From positions 1 to 54,515 of the IMG/VR virus record IMGVR_UViG_3300006893_000010: DNA of 54,515 nucleotides; one strand, 5' to 3'. Origin of the DNA: a virus. Lineage: Duplodnaviria > Caudoviricetes. A program made the position numbers and the translations under genes. Every line of letters begins with the position of its first letter. The first letter of the stretch is position 1. Below are positions 27,859-36,377 of the stretch, piece by piece. The notes below the pieces were generated by a model. The model saw only the letters and a program-made list of their open reading frames with translations. It was not told the origin of the DNA and did no database searches.

Positions 27859-29420
27859 ATAACTCCATTCGAAAAGGCCAAAGCCTTATTCGTGCTCGAA
27901 CCCACACAGGTCTGACCTTCGGCAGAAACCGTGGTGGAATCCGTTACGAGCATCATCATTCCCGCAGAAGATGAAGCGGCTGGTAAAGCTGCGACCATGA
28001 CCGGAGTTCCAGCGGTGATCGAGTTTGTCGCTACTAAGGCTGGCACGTTTACACTCCGCCCAGCTGGCGGATTCATAGATATGTTGCCAGTAATATCTGC
28101 GTAGATGGTGGCAAGTAACCCTGTGCCTGAACTATTGGTTGGTGAAAACGTAACGGACTGGCTGACCTGAGATGATCCTGTAGCAACAGCTTGAGCGAAC
28201 AACGCTGTCGGGGATGCTCCGGTAGCAGAGACGAACGATGCATCCCATCCCTGTCCGGCTCCAGGTCCAAGCGGTTTCCCTGCATAGAATGCGGAAGATG
28301 ACGCTGGATGCACATTCCAGTAGCCAAGAGTGTTGATTCCTAAAACCGTCGTACCCGTGTGGTAAACATTAACGTCAAACTCATTCTTTAGGGTGATAGA
28401 CCCACCCGTACCTATAACGGCAGGACCGTTGTCTGAAACAATAGTATTCACGCCCCAGCAGAAACCGCTGGCAACGTTGACCAGGCAATAGCCAAAGACA
28501 GGAACCGGATAACTGGTCGTTGACTCGTTGCGAATATATGCCGCTAAGCAATTGGTTTGAAGGATAGTGGAGGAGTTCGGAACCACCATTCCGCACGTCA
28601 TAGCATCGGTAGCAACTCCGGTCCCTGGCGAAGTGTTTTCAAACTGAGTAATTGGGACGAGTCCATTAACAATGAAAGTAGAATTAGTGTTATAGGTTGT
28701 GGGCGTAAACACTCCCGCACTGGAAAAATCATTGGAGTTGGTGAATCTCCCCACTCCCGAAAGATTGAGCGGCCCGGTAAGATTATTGGTTCCGCTGGAA
28801 GTGACCGTGCCGGAGAAGCTATCGGTTCCAGTAAAAGTGGTAGTTCCAGAGAAGCTGTCTGTTCCCGTGAAGGCGATAGAACCAGAAAACGTAGAATTTC
28901 CTGCGTAGGTTCCAGATAAACTACCGCCACTAAAGTACCCTAGCCCTGGTGTAACGTTACCAATCGAGGGCGGCGCAGCGAGGTTGAGCGTGCCTACCTG
29001 TGGGAGGATCGGCAGCACCGCTGCAAGGGTGGTAGTCAGAGATTGCGTGGCCCCGGTGATCGTGACGAGGATGTTCGACTTACAGTAAGGTCCAGCGACG
29101 TAGCCCTGCGCGGAGCATATAGAGAAGGACCATTGCGAGGGGGTAGGCTTGATGGTGTTTACGTTGTCGGCGAGGTTGACGGTCAGGTTGCCAGAGGAGT
29201 CACACGTCCCTTGTTGGCCGACGAGGAGTGGCGCGGGGGAGTAGGGGCCGACGCCGGGAGAGGTGTTCTGGCCGACGAACACGGCGGACCATTGACAGTT
29301 GACGTAGATATCGCCGTTAGCGTCCATAATTATAGCGCTGACAACAGTCGTGCCCGCTTGCCCTAGCGCAGAGAGCGCCGACGCTAGCAGCGCCGCGAGG
29401 ATGAGTAGGAGCGCCCGCAT
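27843..29420 (-). CDS. fibre-like protein with signal peptide
   Basis: MRALLLILAALLASALSALG-Q; FTGTDSFSG repeats; N-terminal domain shared with 11440-15624. Confidence 0.68.
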   Translation of the reverse strand: MRALLLILAALLASALSALGQAGTTVVSAIIMDANGDIYVNCQWSAVFVGQNTSPGVGPYSPAPLLVGQQGTCDSSGNLTVNLADNVNTIKPTPSQWSFSICSAQGYVAGPYCKSNILVTITGATQSLTTTLAAVLPILPQVGTLNLAAPPSIGNVTPGLGYFSGGSLSGTYAGNSTFSGSIAFTGTDSFSGTTTFTGTDSFSGTVTSSGTNNLTGPLNLSGVGRFTNSNDFSSAGVFTPTTYNTNSTFIVNGLVPITQFENTSPGTGVATDAMTCGMVVPNSSTILQTNCLAAYIRNESTTSYPVPVFGYCLVNVASGFCWGVNTIVSDNGPAVIGTGGSITLKNEFDVNVYHTGTTVLGINTLGYWNVHPASSSAFYAGKPLGPGAGQGWDASFVSATGASPTALFAQAVATGSSQVSQSVTFSPTNSSGTGLLATIYADITGNISMNPPAGRSVNVPALVATNSITAGTPVMVAALPAASSSAGMMMLVTDSTTVSAEGQTCVGSSTNKALAFSNGVIWKCF

Positions 29421-29425
29421 GAGAC

Positions 29426-29539
29426 CTAGCTCCGCTTGCCGCCCTTACGTCCGCCGTGCTTCATCTTGTCACGGAATCCGTATACCTTTGACAGATACTT
29501 GCGATCCGTCTTACCTGATCCCTTGTGTCGCGTCGCCAT
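29426..29539 (-). CDS. basic micro-protein, 37 aa (not in the ORF track)
   Basis: GGAGGG RBS; MATRHKGSGKTDRKYLSKVYGFRDKMKHGGRKGGKRS. Confidence 0.65.
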   Translation of the reverse strand: MATRHKGSGKTDRKYLSKVYGFRDKMKHGGRKGGKRS

Positions 29540-29550
29540 GTCGTCCCTCC

Positions 29551-29591
29551 AATAAAAATAGCCGGGAGCCAGACGATGCCGACTCCCGGCT
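29551..29591 (-). terminator. rho-independent terminator after the capsid genes
   Basis: Minus strand AGCCGGGAGTC...GGCTCCCGGCT stem followed by ATTTTTATT. Confidence 0.75.
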
Positions 29592-29619
29592 CCCCATTGC
29601 TACACCCATCATAAATCGT

Positions 29620-30081
29620 CTATGGTCCGGCAGCCACCTCGACCGACATGACCGCGTTCCCCAGCGAGTTGATGTTGGTCACGTTGATAGCGATGTTCAC
29701 ATTCTGGAGCAGCATGTCGCAGGAGAACTCGAAGATCTCGTCGATGTTCTGGTTGGCTGCGGCAGCCGAGCCATCACCCGCGTAGAGCTGTACCGTGTTC
29801 GAGTTGCCGTCGTCGCCCCAAATGTTGAGGATGCGGATCAGCGCGGCGTTCGGGAATAGGTTGCCGTTGCCGACGTTGAGCGTCCCGACGGCTTCCGTCT
29901 TCACCCGCACGAAGCCACACGAGACCGGCCCCTGGCCCTGCTGGTTGGCTTGGACGTTCGAGCCGACGGGCATCGAGACGGTCGTGTTGCCGTTGGTGAT
30001 GTTGAAATTGTTGTTGGTGAAGTAGACCGAGGGAGAGCCTCCCGATGGGTACCACTTGCGAATCGTGTTGATGATGGGCAT
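29620..30081 (-). CDS. putative capsid decoration/minor capsid protein
   Basis: Beta-rich, N-rich; downstream of the major capsid gene and before the terminator; AGGAG RBS. Confidence 0.55.
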   Translation of the reverse strand: MPIINTIRKWYPSGGSPSVYFTNNNFNITNGNTTVSMPVGSNVQANQQGQGPVSCGFVRVKTEAVGTLNVGNGNLFPNAALIRILNIWGDDGNSNTVQLYAGDGSAAAANQNIDEIFEFSCDMLLQNVNIAINVTNINSLGNAVMSVEVAAGP

Positions 30082-30092
30082 TTTGGAGTCTC

Positions 30093-30608
30093 CTAAGCCA
30101 TCTTCCTGAATCCGTCGATGACCTCAAATCTTTGAACCTTTTGTTCCTCCAGCTTTCGCTTAAGGAATTCACGTTGCTCTATAATTTCCTGTGGGAGTCG
30201 TTGACCGCGCATCTGCGTCCAAGCAATATCGCAGAAGGCTAGCGCAGTATCTGCTTGCTCCCGTTTTATAATGAAGTGAGGCATACATCCATGTAGTATG
30301 GCCTCTGCTCGCTTAGAAGTAGCAAACCAATCAAAGAAGTCTCGGTGTTTGGGATTCCTCTTGCTTATCTCTCGATGATACAAGCCTCCACCAAAACGCT
30401 CGTAACACCAAAGAGCAAGGCGTGGATCAGTGTTTCCCATACGAAGTTGAAGCGAGTGTTGAATGGATACAGCATGTTTGTGATACTTAGAGAAGTCTCC
30501 GGACTGGATACGAATACATCCTTCCATGTCAAGCGAGACTGCCATCTTAGCCCAGTCGAGTTCCGTTATAAGTTTCGGGAACCCCTCGAATTTACTTCGT
30601 CCACTCAT
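30093..30608 (-). mobile_element. free-standing LAGLIDADG homing endonuclease gene
   Basis: MAVSLDMEGCI, MGNTD, FGG, PHFIIKREQA; lower GC than the flanks. Confidence 0.85.
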
Positions 30609-30625
30609 AAGTAAACCACTGTAAC

Positions 30626-31615
30626 CTAAGCAGTCACGTTGGTCAGTTTTATCTGCATTCTAGGAGAGATACAAGACAATTGCCATGTCAAGTACATGGT
30701 TGAAACTAACACACGTTGGTTGCTCGGCTTGATGAACGGATCGACGTTAAAGTAATCCGCCTCGTGGAACACTGGGAACGAGTACTTCGAGTTGAGGAAG
30801 TACGCCGAGTTCGCCAGCGCCCACACGTCCGGCACCACGATGGCGTTGTTGAACAGGAAATGGTTGCGGAAGCCAACCTGCAACGCCTCCTCGTCCTGCA
30901 TCCCCTGGCCGAAACGTACCAGAGTCGTGAAGTTCCCTTTGAATCCGGCGTAGCGGTTCTGCACGATGACCATCAGGTCCGGCTCGTCGTAGCCGAAGGT
31001 GACGGCCTGGTAGGCGATCTCAGCGTTAGTTGGAGTGAGCGCGCCGGATGTGTTGGATTGGTTAGCCGCTGGCTGCCAAAAGGCGTTCTGCGCGAGGTTG
31101 CGGTTGATGCCAGCGATGGTATTCGTCGTCTGGCCGAACCAAGAGTCGATGTCGTCGATGTCAAGGGATGTGTTCTGCGGCGACGTGTGCCATAACGCAC
31201 GGGATAGTTTGTGCAGGAACGACGCCGAAGCCGTCTGGTACTTGAGCTTGATGATATCGAGGTTGCCAGCGCCGCCGCGATTCAGGATCACGTCGGTGAT
31301 GGGGATCACAATCGGCTGCCGGTAAGGACGCCACAACTGGTTTGCTGGCTGCACGGAATCCACGACGGACGTATCGAGGAGCTGGTCGCCGTAGTACGCG
31401 CCACCGGGGAGTTCCTCTTGGTTGATCTCGGGAAATACGAGTTCACCGGCCCCGAACTTCTTGCCGTCGCGCATCAGCGCCCAGAACACGGGAGAGGGCT
31501 TGAACACGTTGTCGCCGAGTACTGGGACAATGTATTTCTGTGAGATCGCGTTGACGGTATTCGAGAGTTGGGCCGTCGGTGTCGAGATGCCGATTCCCAC
31601 TACGCTGTTCGCCAT
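30626..31615 (-). CDS. major capsid protein
   Basis: 329 aa after the scaffold; DNVFK.SP, IAGINR...FWQ, EPDL, YFLNSKY motifs. Confidence 0.85.
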   Translation of the reverse strand: MANSVVGIGISTPTAQLSNTVNAISQKYIVPVLGDNVFKPSPVFWALMRDGKKFGAGELVFPEINQEELPGGAYYGDQLLDTSVVDSVQPANQLWRPYRQPIVIPITDVILNRGGAGNLDIIKLKYQTASASFLHKLSRALWHTSPQNTSLDIDDIDSWFGQTTNTIAGINRNLAQNAFWQPAANQSNTSGALTPTNAEIAYQAVTFGYDEPDLMVIVQNRYAGFKGNFTTLVRFGQGMQDEEALQVGFRNHFLFNNAIVVPDVWALANSAYFLNSKYSFPVFHEADYFNVDPFIKPSNQRVLVSTMYLTWQLSCISPRMQIKLTNVTA

Positions 31616-31660
31616 AAGAGGCTCCTTGATATCACTGCTGCGTCTGCGTCGCTTGCGTCG

Positions 31661-32497
31661 CTACTGCGTCTGCGTGATGCCCTTCCATAGATCGGAATCC
31701 GTGAGGGCATCGTTCAGAACTTCGTCGAAGTCTTTAGTGCGTCCCTTCTCGTTGAACAGGGACTTATCCGGTTTGACGTTGATGCGCGTACCGGACGGAC
31801 GTGGCGCGGCGGCGAGGACGCGGGCGTCGTCGTTCTTTTTGGATAATTCAGCCGCCATCGTCTCGGCGTCGGCCTTCACCCGGTCGTCGTAGGTCAGGTC
31901 GCGGACGGCCTTGGCGAGGTCGAGTCGGCCACGGGCGTCCTTGAGACCGTTCTTCTGCGCGTAGTCCATCGCCGCCTGGCGCTCTACCTTCGCGCCTTTG
32001 GGGAGGGTGGGGGCCAGCTTGTCCCACTTGGATTCGTAGTAGTCTTCAAGGTAGGTGTTGAGCATCGGGCCGAGTGCGTCGGAGCGCGTCTTCTTGATCT
32101 CGGTGTCCTGCGCCTCGATGCGAGCCTGCATCGTCTTCATCTGCTTGACGAGGGAGCCTACCAGAGGGTCGGATTCGTCCATCTCGTTGGCGTCAGCTAC
32201 CTGCTTCTTCGTCGGAGCCTTGCCGGTCAGGAAATCGTCCACGGAGAGGCCAGCGCGTTCGGCCGTTTTCTCGATCACGGTAGCGAGTTGCACAGAGGCG
32301 TCGTTGACGTTCTTCTCGCGCTTCTGGATATCGGTTTCGCGCCGCGTGAGGTCGGCGGTCAGAGCGCCACGGGTCTCGGTGTCGTAGGCGCGCATGTCGC
32401 CGAGGGACAGGGATTCTTCCTTGTCGCCGTTCTTGACGCGGACCACGAAGTCGTCGGGGAACTGCTTGGAGTCTTTAAGTACGTCAGCCCATTTCAT
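31661..32497 (-). CDS. capsid scaffolding protein
   Basis: Charged coiled-coil protein immediately upstream of the major capsid gene. Confidence 0.65.
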   Translation of the reverse strand: MKWADVLKDSKQFPDDFVVRVKNGDKEESLSLGDMRAYDTETRGALTADLTRRETDIQKREKNVNDASVQLATVIEKTAERAGLSVDDFLTGKAPTKKQVADANEMDESDPLVGSLVKQMKTMQARIEAQDTEIKKTRSDALGPMLNTYLEDYYESKWDKLAPTLPKGAKVERQAAMDYAQKNGLKDARGRLDLAKAVRDLTYDDRVKADAETMAAELSKKNDDARVLAAAPRPSGTRINVKPDKSLFNEKGRTKDFDEVLNDALTDSDLWKGITQTQ

Positions 32498-32922
32498 TGC
32501 GCTGCTCCTTCTTGCGGCTGTGCACCCGGACCACCCGGCCCGCCTGGCTGCTGCGGCTGCTGCGGGTTGATCCCGGCGTTGTTAACAATCGGCGAGGACA
32601 CGGTGTTCGCGGTCGCGGCGGCCTGCTGGAGCGCCTTGATTGCGGCGTCGAGCGACTTTTGCGCCTGCGCCATATGCCGTGCGGCCTCTGGTACTTGGAA
32701 CGCGGTACGGACTTGGATCGCTAGTGCCATCGCCTTCATTTGTTCGGCGGCTTTGGTCAGCAGGGATGGGTCCGCGCCTTTTAGTTCGGATAGTTGCTGG
32801 GAGAGTTGCTGGCCGCTAGCGTCCGGCGAGGTGCCACCCTGCGATGGTCCGCCGCGCTTAGCCAGTTGCTCGACCATCTGTCGAGCCTGCATCCCACGGA
32901 CATCGACGGGAGCGCTACCCAC
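32494..32922 (-). CDS. Q/A/P-rich hypothetical head-module protein
   Basis: GTG 32922 after GGAGGG; ATGA-coupled to the scaffold gene. Confidence 0.6.
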   Translation of the reverse strand: MGSAPVDVRGMQARQMVEQLAKRGGPSQGGTSPDASGQQLSQQLSELKGADPSLLTKAAEQMKAMALAIQVRTAFQVPEAARHMAQAQKSLDAAIKALQQAAATANTVSSPIVNNAGINPQQPQQPGGPGGPGAQPQEGAAQ

Positions 32923-33061
32923 GAAGCCCTCCGCGACGGCCCTTGACTTTGTGACCACGTCGTGGAGACTTCATCGGTATCCGCGAATGGCCGAACTTGA
33001 ACTTCTTGACCGGCTTCAGCGACTTGCTGGAGTGGTGCGAGTTGGAGTGGTGATGCATCAT
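32915..33061 (-). CDS. His/Lys/Arg-rich micro-protein, 48 aa (not in the ORF track)
   Basis: GGGAGGG RBS; MMHHHSNSHHSSKSLKPVKKFKFGHSRIPMKSPRRGHKVKGRRGGLRG. Confidence 0.6.
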   Translation of the reverse strand: MMHHHSNSHHSSKSLKPVKKFKFGHSRIPMKSPRRGHKVKGRRGGLRG

Positions 33062-33070
33062 CGCCCTCCC

Positions 33071-33250
33071 TCAGAGATTGGACTTCTTGCCTGACGTGCG
33101 AGAGTTGCCGGGGATGAACTTCATGGGGTCGGTAGGCTGAGCCACGGGAATGTTGTTCGTTTCCGGGCCGGGTTCCCGACCGGGGCGTCCTACGGTCAAG
33201 GGAGACTTGAGCATCTCATCATCAAAACCTTTGCCAAACTTGCCTGCCAT
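33071..33250 (-). CDS. small hypothetical protein, 59 aa (not in the ORF track)
   Basis: GGAGGT RBS; MAGKFGKGFDDEMLKSPLTVGRPG... Confidence 0.7.
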   Translation of the reverse strand: MAGKFGKGFDDEMLKSPLTVGRPGREPGPETNNIPVAQPTDPMKFIPGNSRTSGKKSNL

Positions 33251-33321
33251 CGTGCTACCTCCGTCGGTTAGCTAAGAAGGACGGCCTTTTGAAGCCGCCC
33301 TCCAGGTTGGACTATCAAACG

Positions 33322-33357
33322 CTACTTACGTTTCGGATGACGTTTCCGTCGTGCCAT
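33322..33357 (-). CDS. 11-aa basic peptide MARRKRHPKRK (not in the ORF track)
   Basis: Near-perfect AGGAGGTG Shine-Dalgarno directly upstream of the ATG. Confidence 0.5.
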   Translation of the reverse strand: MARRKRHPKRK

Positions 33358-33414
33358 GATGCACCTCCTCTCAAAAACTCCACAGTGCGAGAGAAGAGAA
33401 CCAGTCCACTGTGG

Positions 33415-33657
33415 TCAAGCAACAAACTCCGCCGCGCACTCCTGACGTTGCTCGCGGGCGTCGCCGTAAGCGTCGAGGAGGGTACGGGCCTGCCGCGCCA
33501 GGAAGGATTCGAAATCCTGGCGGCGCGGGAAATCTTCGATGAATGTGGACTTGGGGATTTCGAACGGGATGACAAGATGGCCATCGAGCGCCACGCGGGC
33601 GCGGACGTAATCGGAGCCCATAACGTCTAGCTCCAGAATCTCAAGTCCTGACTCCAT
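33415..33657 (-). CDS. hypothetical protein
   Basis: Fills the gap in the late operon; protein-like composition. Confidence 0.55.
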   Translation of the reverse strand: MESGLEILELDVMGSDYVRARVALDGHLVIPFEIPKSTFIEDFPRRQDFESFLARQARTLLDAYGDAREQRQECAAEFVA

Positions 33658-33699
33658 GGATACGAGAATGCGCGGCGTGGGGGCACAGACGCAAGGGGT

Positions 33700-33900
33700 C
33701 TAGGTCCGAGGTACGCGTATCCACCAAGCGTTACCAGTGGGATTACTAGTGCGATAGGTGAGGAATCCGAATGCAGTAAGAGTACCGTCACAACACCAGC
33801 GACGGACTTGCCGCTCACAGCGACCGTATTCGATGGCGATCTCGGCGGGGGTGAGCCATTGGTAGCGGAGATCGACGGTAGTGGTAGGAGCGGTGGTCAC
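33700..33900 (-). CDS. small winged-HTH (excisionase/MerR-like) DNA-binding protein
   Basis: WLTPAEIA.EYGR.ERQVRRWC.DGTL; GTGA overlap with the portal stop. Confidence 0.65.
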   Translation of the reverse strand: MTTAPTTTVDLRYQWLTPAEIAIEYGRCERQVRRWCCDGTLTAFGFLTYRTSNPTGNAWWIRVPRT

Positions 33901-35584
33901 TTTCGAGCGCCTTTCGTCTTCGCTAACGCCGTCAACGCCATTTCCTGCTCGATGTTCGTGGCGATCTTCTCCGCGTCGGGGAACTCCAGCGTATCCAGAG
34001 TCGTGTGTACGTCCAAGAGGCCCGCCTTCCGCAACTCCGGTGCCATCTTCCGTAGCATAGCCTGCGAGAACGGGAGGATCGAAGCGTCGTCGAGTTCGAA
34101 GTCGTACTGGTCGGGCCGGTTCGTCGATTGCCACTTGACCGACTCATACCCCTGCGAGGTCTTCATGAACATGGTCTGTGAGGGAGCGTAGCGGAGCATA
34201 GTGTAGAAGATGAGTTCGCCGATGCGCTGGAAGGATACGGAATTGAGGCGGCCACGAAGCTGTGTAACGCCCTGCGACCGGATGACGGAGGAGTCGAATA
34301 GCTCCGTCGAGATGTTGCCCGCCCCCGGCTTCCCTGAGCGCGCGTCGGTGAATCCCTGCAACTCTTTTTGTTTATCGAGCAGGAGTTGCGGGAGCTGCGT
34401 CATCTGCTGCGGCATCGCCTGTGGGAACACCATCTGCGGCACGGGAGAGTTAGCGTTGATAACTTGGACCTCTCCCGGCATGCCGCCGAAGGACTCCGGG
34501 TCGATCCCGGTGCGCTCGTCGATGAACCACACACCGTTGTTGAGCCGTACGGCGTTCTCGAACAGGCCGGTGTAGAGGCGCTCGGCGGTCTGTTGGATGT
34601 CTTTGGAGTAGCGGATCGCCGGGACCGCCCATATGGAATAGAGTGGGAGTGTAGACCAGAACGGGACCGCGGGGAACATTTTCAAGGGATAAGGATTGTC
34701 GCCGTCTTGGAGCGTATACCCCTCGCACTCGACGATGAGGCGACCGTTGGGGTAGAGCCACGCGAAGTCGGCGGGGACGATAGCGCCGCTAGGGAGTTTG
34801 TGATCCTCGATCTTCTCGCGGGTGTAGTCGTGGCAGTAGCACCAGCGGACGCGCACTCGGTTGTCGTTGGGAATGGAGCGGTTCGAGGGAAGTCCCGGCA
34901 TGTTCGACATGGGGCCGGATGGCATTTGAACGCCGTAGCCGGAGTCGCCCAGCATCGGGGAGATGGAGCGGCCTTGGACGCGGGGCTTGACGCCAACGGA
35001 CGTGAGCGGCCATCGCGCACGGACTTCTTCGAGATGCATCCGGTCCTCGAAGGTGACATACGACCAATTGCAGGTGTAGTCCGTCCAGGGGTCGCAGCGG
35101 AAGGTGCGCGGGTCACGCATCTTGGCCCAGCAAGAGCCACGGCCCTGGCGCGCGTCTGGGTCGTAGCCGATCTGCATCGGGCACATCCCGGAGAAGAGGG
35201 ACATCAGAGTCGTGAACATGGCGTGGTAGTTGACGTTCGAGGTACGCCACGCGCACTGGAGTCCCTTCTCGCGGTCCTCGTCGCGCTCGCCTTTGAGATG
35301 GTTGACGATATACGGGCGTGGGGAGGTTTCAGAGAGGTCGTTGGCCTCGTGCATCATCAGGACTTGGAGTTGCGGGACGCGGATCATCGGACGGAAGGAG
35401 GGGAGAGGGTCGCCGCCGTCGGCGAGGGAATAGAATTGTTCACACTCGTCGAACCAGTTGCGTCCGAGTTGGTGGTCGCGGTGATCGTCGGAGAGGCGGT
35501 CCCACTCATCGATCAAAGGTGCCGTGAGATGGGAGAGTAGTAATCCGCGCTCTTACGGCTGGTTATCAACGCTAGGTTGGCCAT
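33897..35584 (-). CDS. portal protein; 5' end split by a frame break at about 35516
   Basis: 539-aa ORF between terminase and scaffold; DP.TF..DP, GDNPYP...FP.VPF motifs; strong-RBS ATG at 35584 is out of frame with the main ORF. Confidence 0.82.
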
Positions 35585-35893
35585 TTAGGCACCTCCCTTC
35601 TCGGGAGGAAAGTCCCCGCAATCATAGTCTTTCAACTTTAACATGACGTGCCAGCCGCATCCATCGTCACTGCCTTGCGGATGTTGTCCTTTTGCGGCGT
35701 GGAAGAATGAAGCAGTAACCGTTCCATCAGCATGGACGTGATGAAGCCCAATACCTGACCACTGACCACAGTTGCATCTAATAATCGGTTTGAGTTGCTT
35801 CCCCTCGTGGCTCACACAACTAGCCCATCCCGGAGTCTTGGCGTACCAGTCATCGTGCTCTGTGATATGCGGGATTTCTACGTTATCTGCCAC
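35585..35893 (-). CDS. small Cys/His protein (DUF6527-like), low-GC insertion
   Basis: RCNCG, HHVHADGTVTASF, CGWH. Confidence 0.5.
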   Translation of the reverse strand: MADNVEIPHITEHDDWYAKTPGWASCVSHEGKQLKPIIRCNCGQWSGIGLHHVHADGTVTASFFHAAKGQHPQGSDDGCGWHVMLKLKDYDCGDFPPEKGGA

Positions 35894-36077
35894 GCGGCCT
35901 TTGTGTTATCGGTCCCGGTTGCCACGATCCGTCGCGTCGTTGAGGCGAGTCTGACCGTCCGGGGATGCCAACGCGCGTGCCGGGACGCGTCCCTTGACGC
36001 TTGCGGAACACGCGGTTGGATTCTTCGTCAGCGGAGCCATAGTCGGACGACGGTAGTGGGGCCGGAGGGCGAGGCAT
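35883..36077 (-). CDS. Pro/Arg-rich hypothetical protein
   Basis: ATG 36077 after GGAGG. Confidence 0.5.
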   Translation of the reverse strand: MPRPPAPLPSSDYGSADEESNRVFRKRQGTRPGTRVGIPGRSDSPQRRDGSWQPGPITQRPRGR

Positions 36078-36078
36078 C

Positions 36079-36198
36079 TCAGTATCGCCTCCGGTGGCGC
36101 GGCGTGCGCGTGTGGACGCGGCCCTTGCCGCTACGCCCTGAAGGATGAGATGCGGCACGGTGGTAGTGGTATTTATGTGGGTTGCGTTTAAGCCTCAT
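36079..36198 (-). CDS. Arg/His-rich micro-protein, 39 aa (not in the ORF track)
   Basis: GGAG RBS; MRLKRNPHKYHYHRAASHPSGRSGKGRVHTRTPRHRRRY; fills the gap exactly. Confidence 0.55.
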   Translation of the reverse strand: MRLKRNPHKYHYHRAASHPSGRSGKGRVHTRTPRHRRRY

Positions 36199-36376
36199 AA
36201 AACTGTTCTCCATAGCCGGTGTTGCGATCCACGCGGAACATCCGATCACGCAGGTTGCAGGAGAGGTCGCCTTCGTGCTTCATCGACGCTACGCGCTGAT
36301 CCTGCTCGGAAACTAACTTGAGCGCGATCCCACATGCAGGGCATTCGACGTGGCCGCTGATGGAGATGAATTGCAT
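36188..36376 (-). CDS. Zn-finger hypothetical protein
   Basis: CPAC...H....C. Confidence 0.55.
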   Translation of the reverse strand: MQFISISGHVECPACGIALKLVSEQDQRVASMKHEGDLSCNLRDRMFRVDRNTGYGEQFYEA

Positions 36377-36377
36377 G

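Noticed and set aside
34368-35540. Long antisense ORFs (390 aa here; also 1959-2681, 7112-7720, 32288-33094)
   Set aside because: Shadows of GC-rich codon usage on the opposite strand of clear genes; no motifs or RBS
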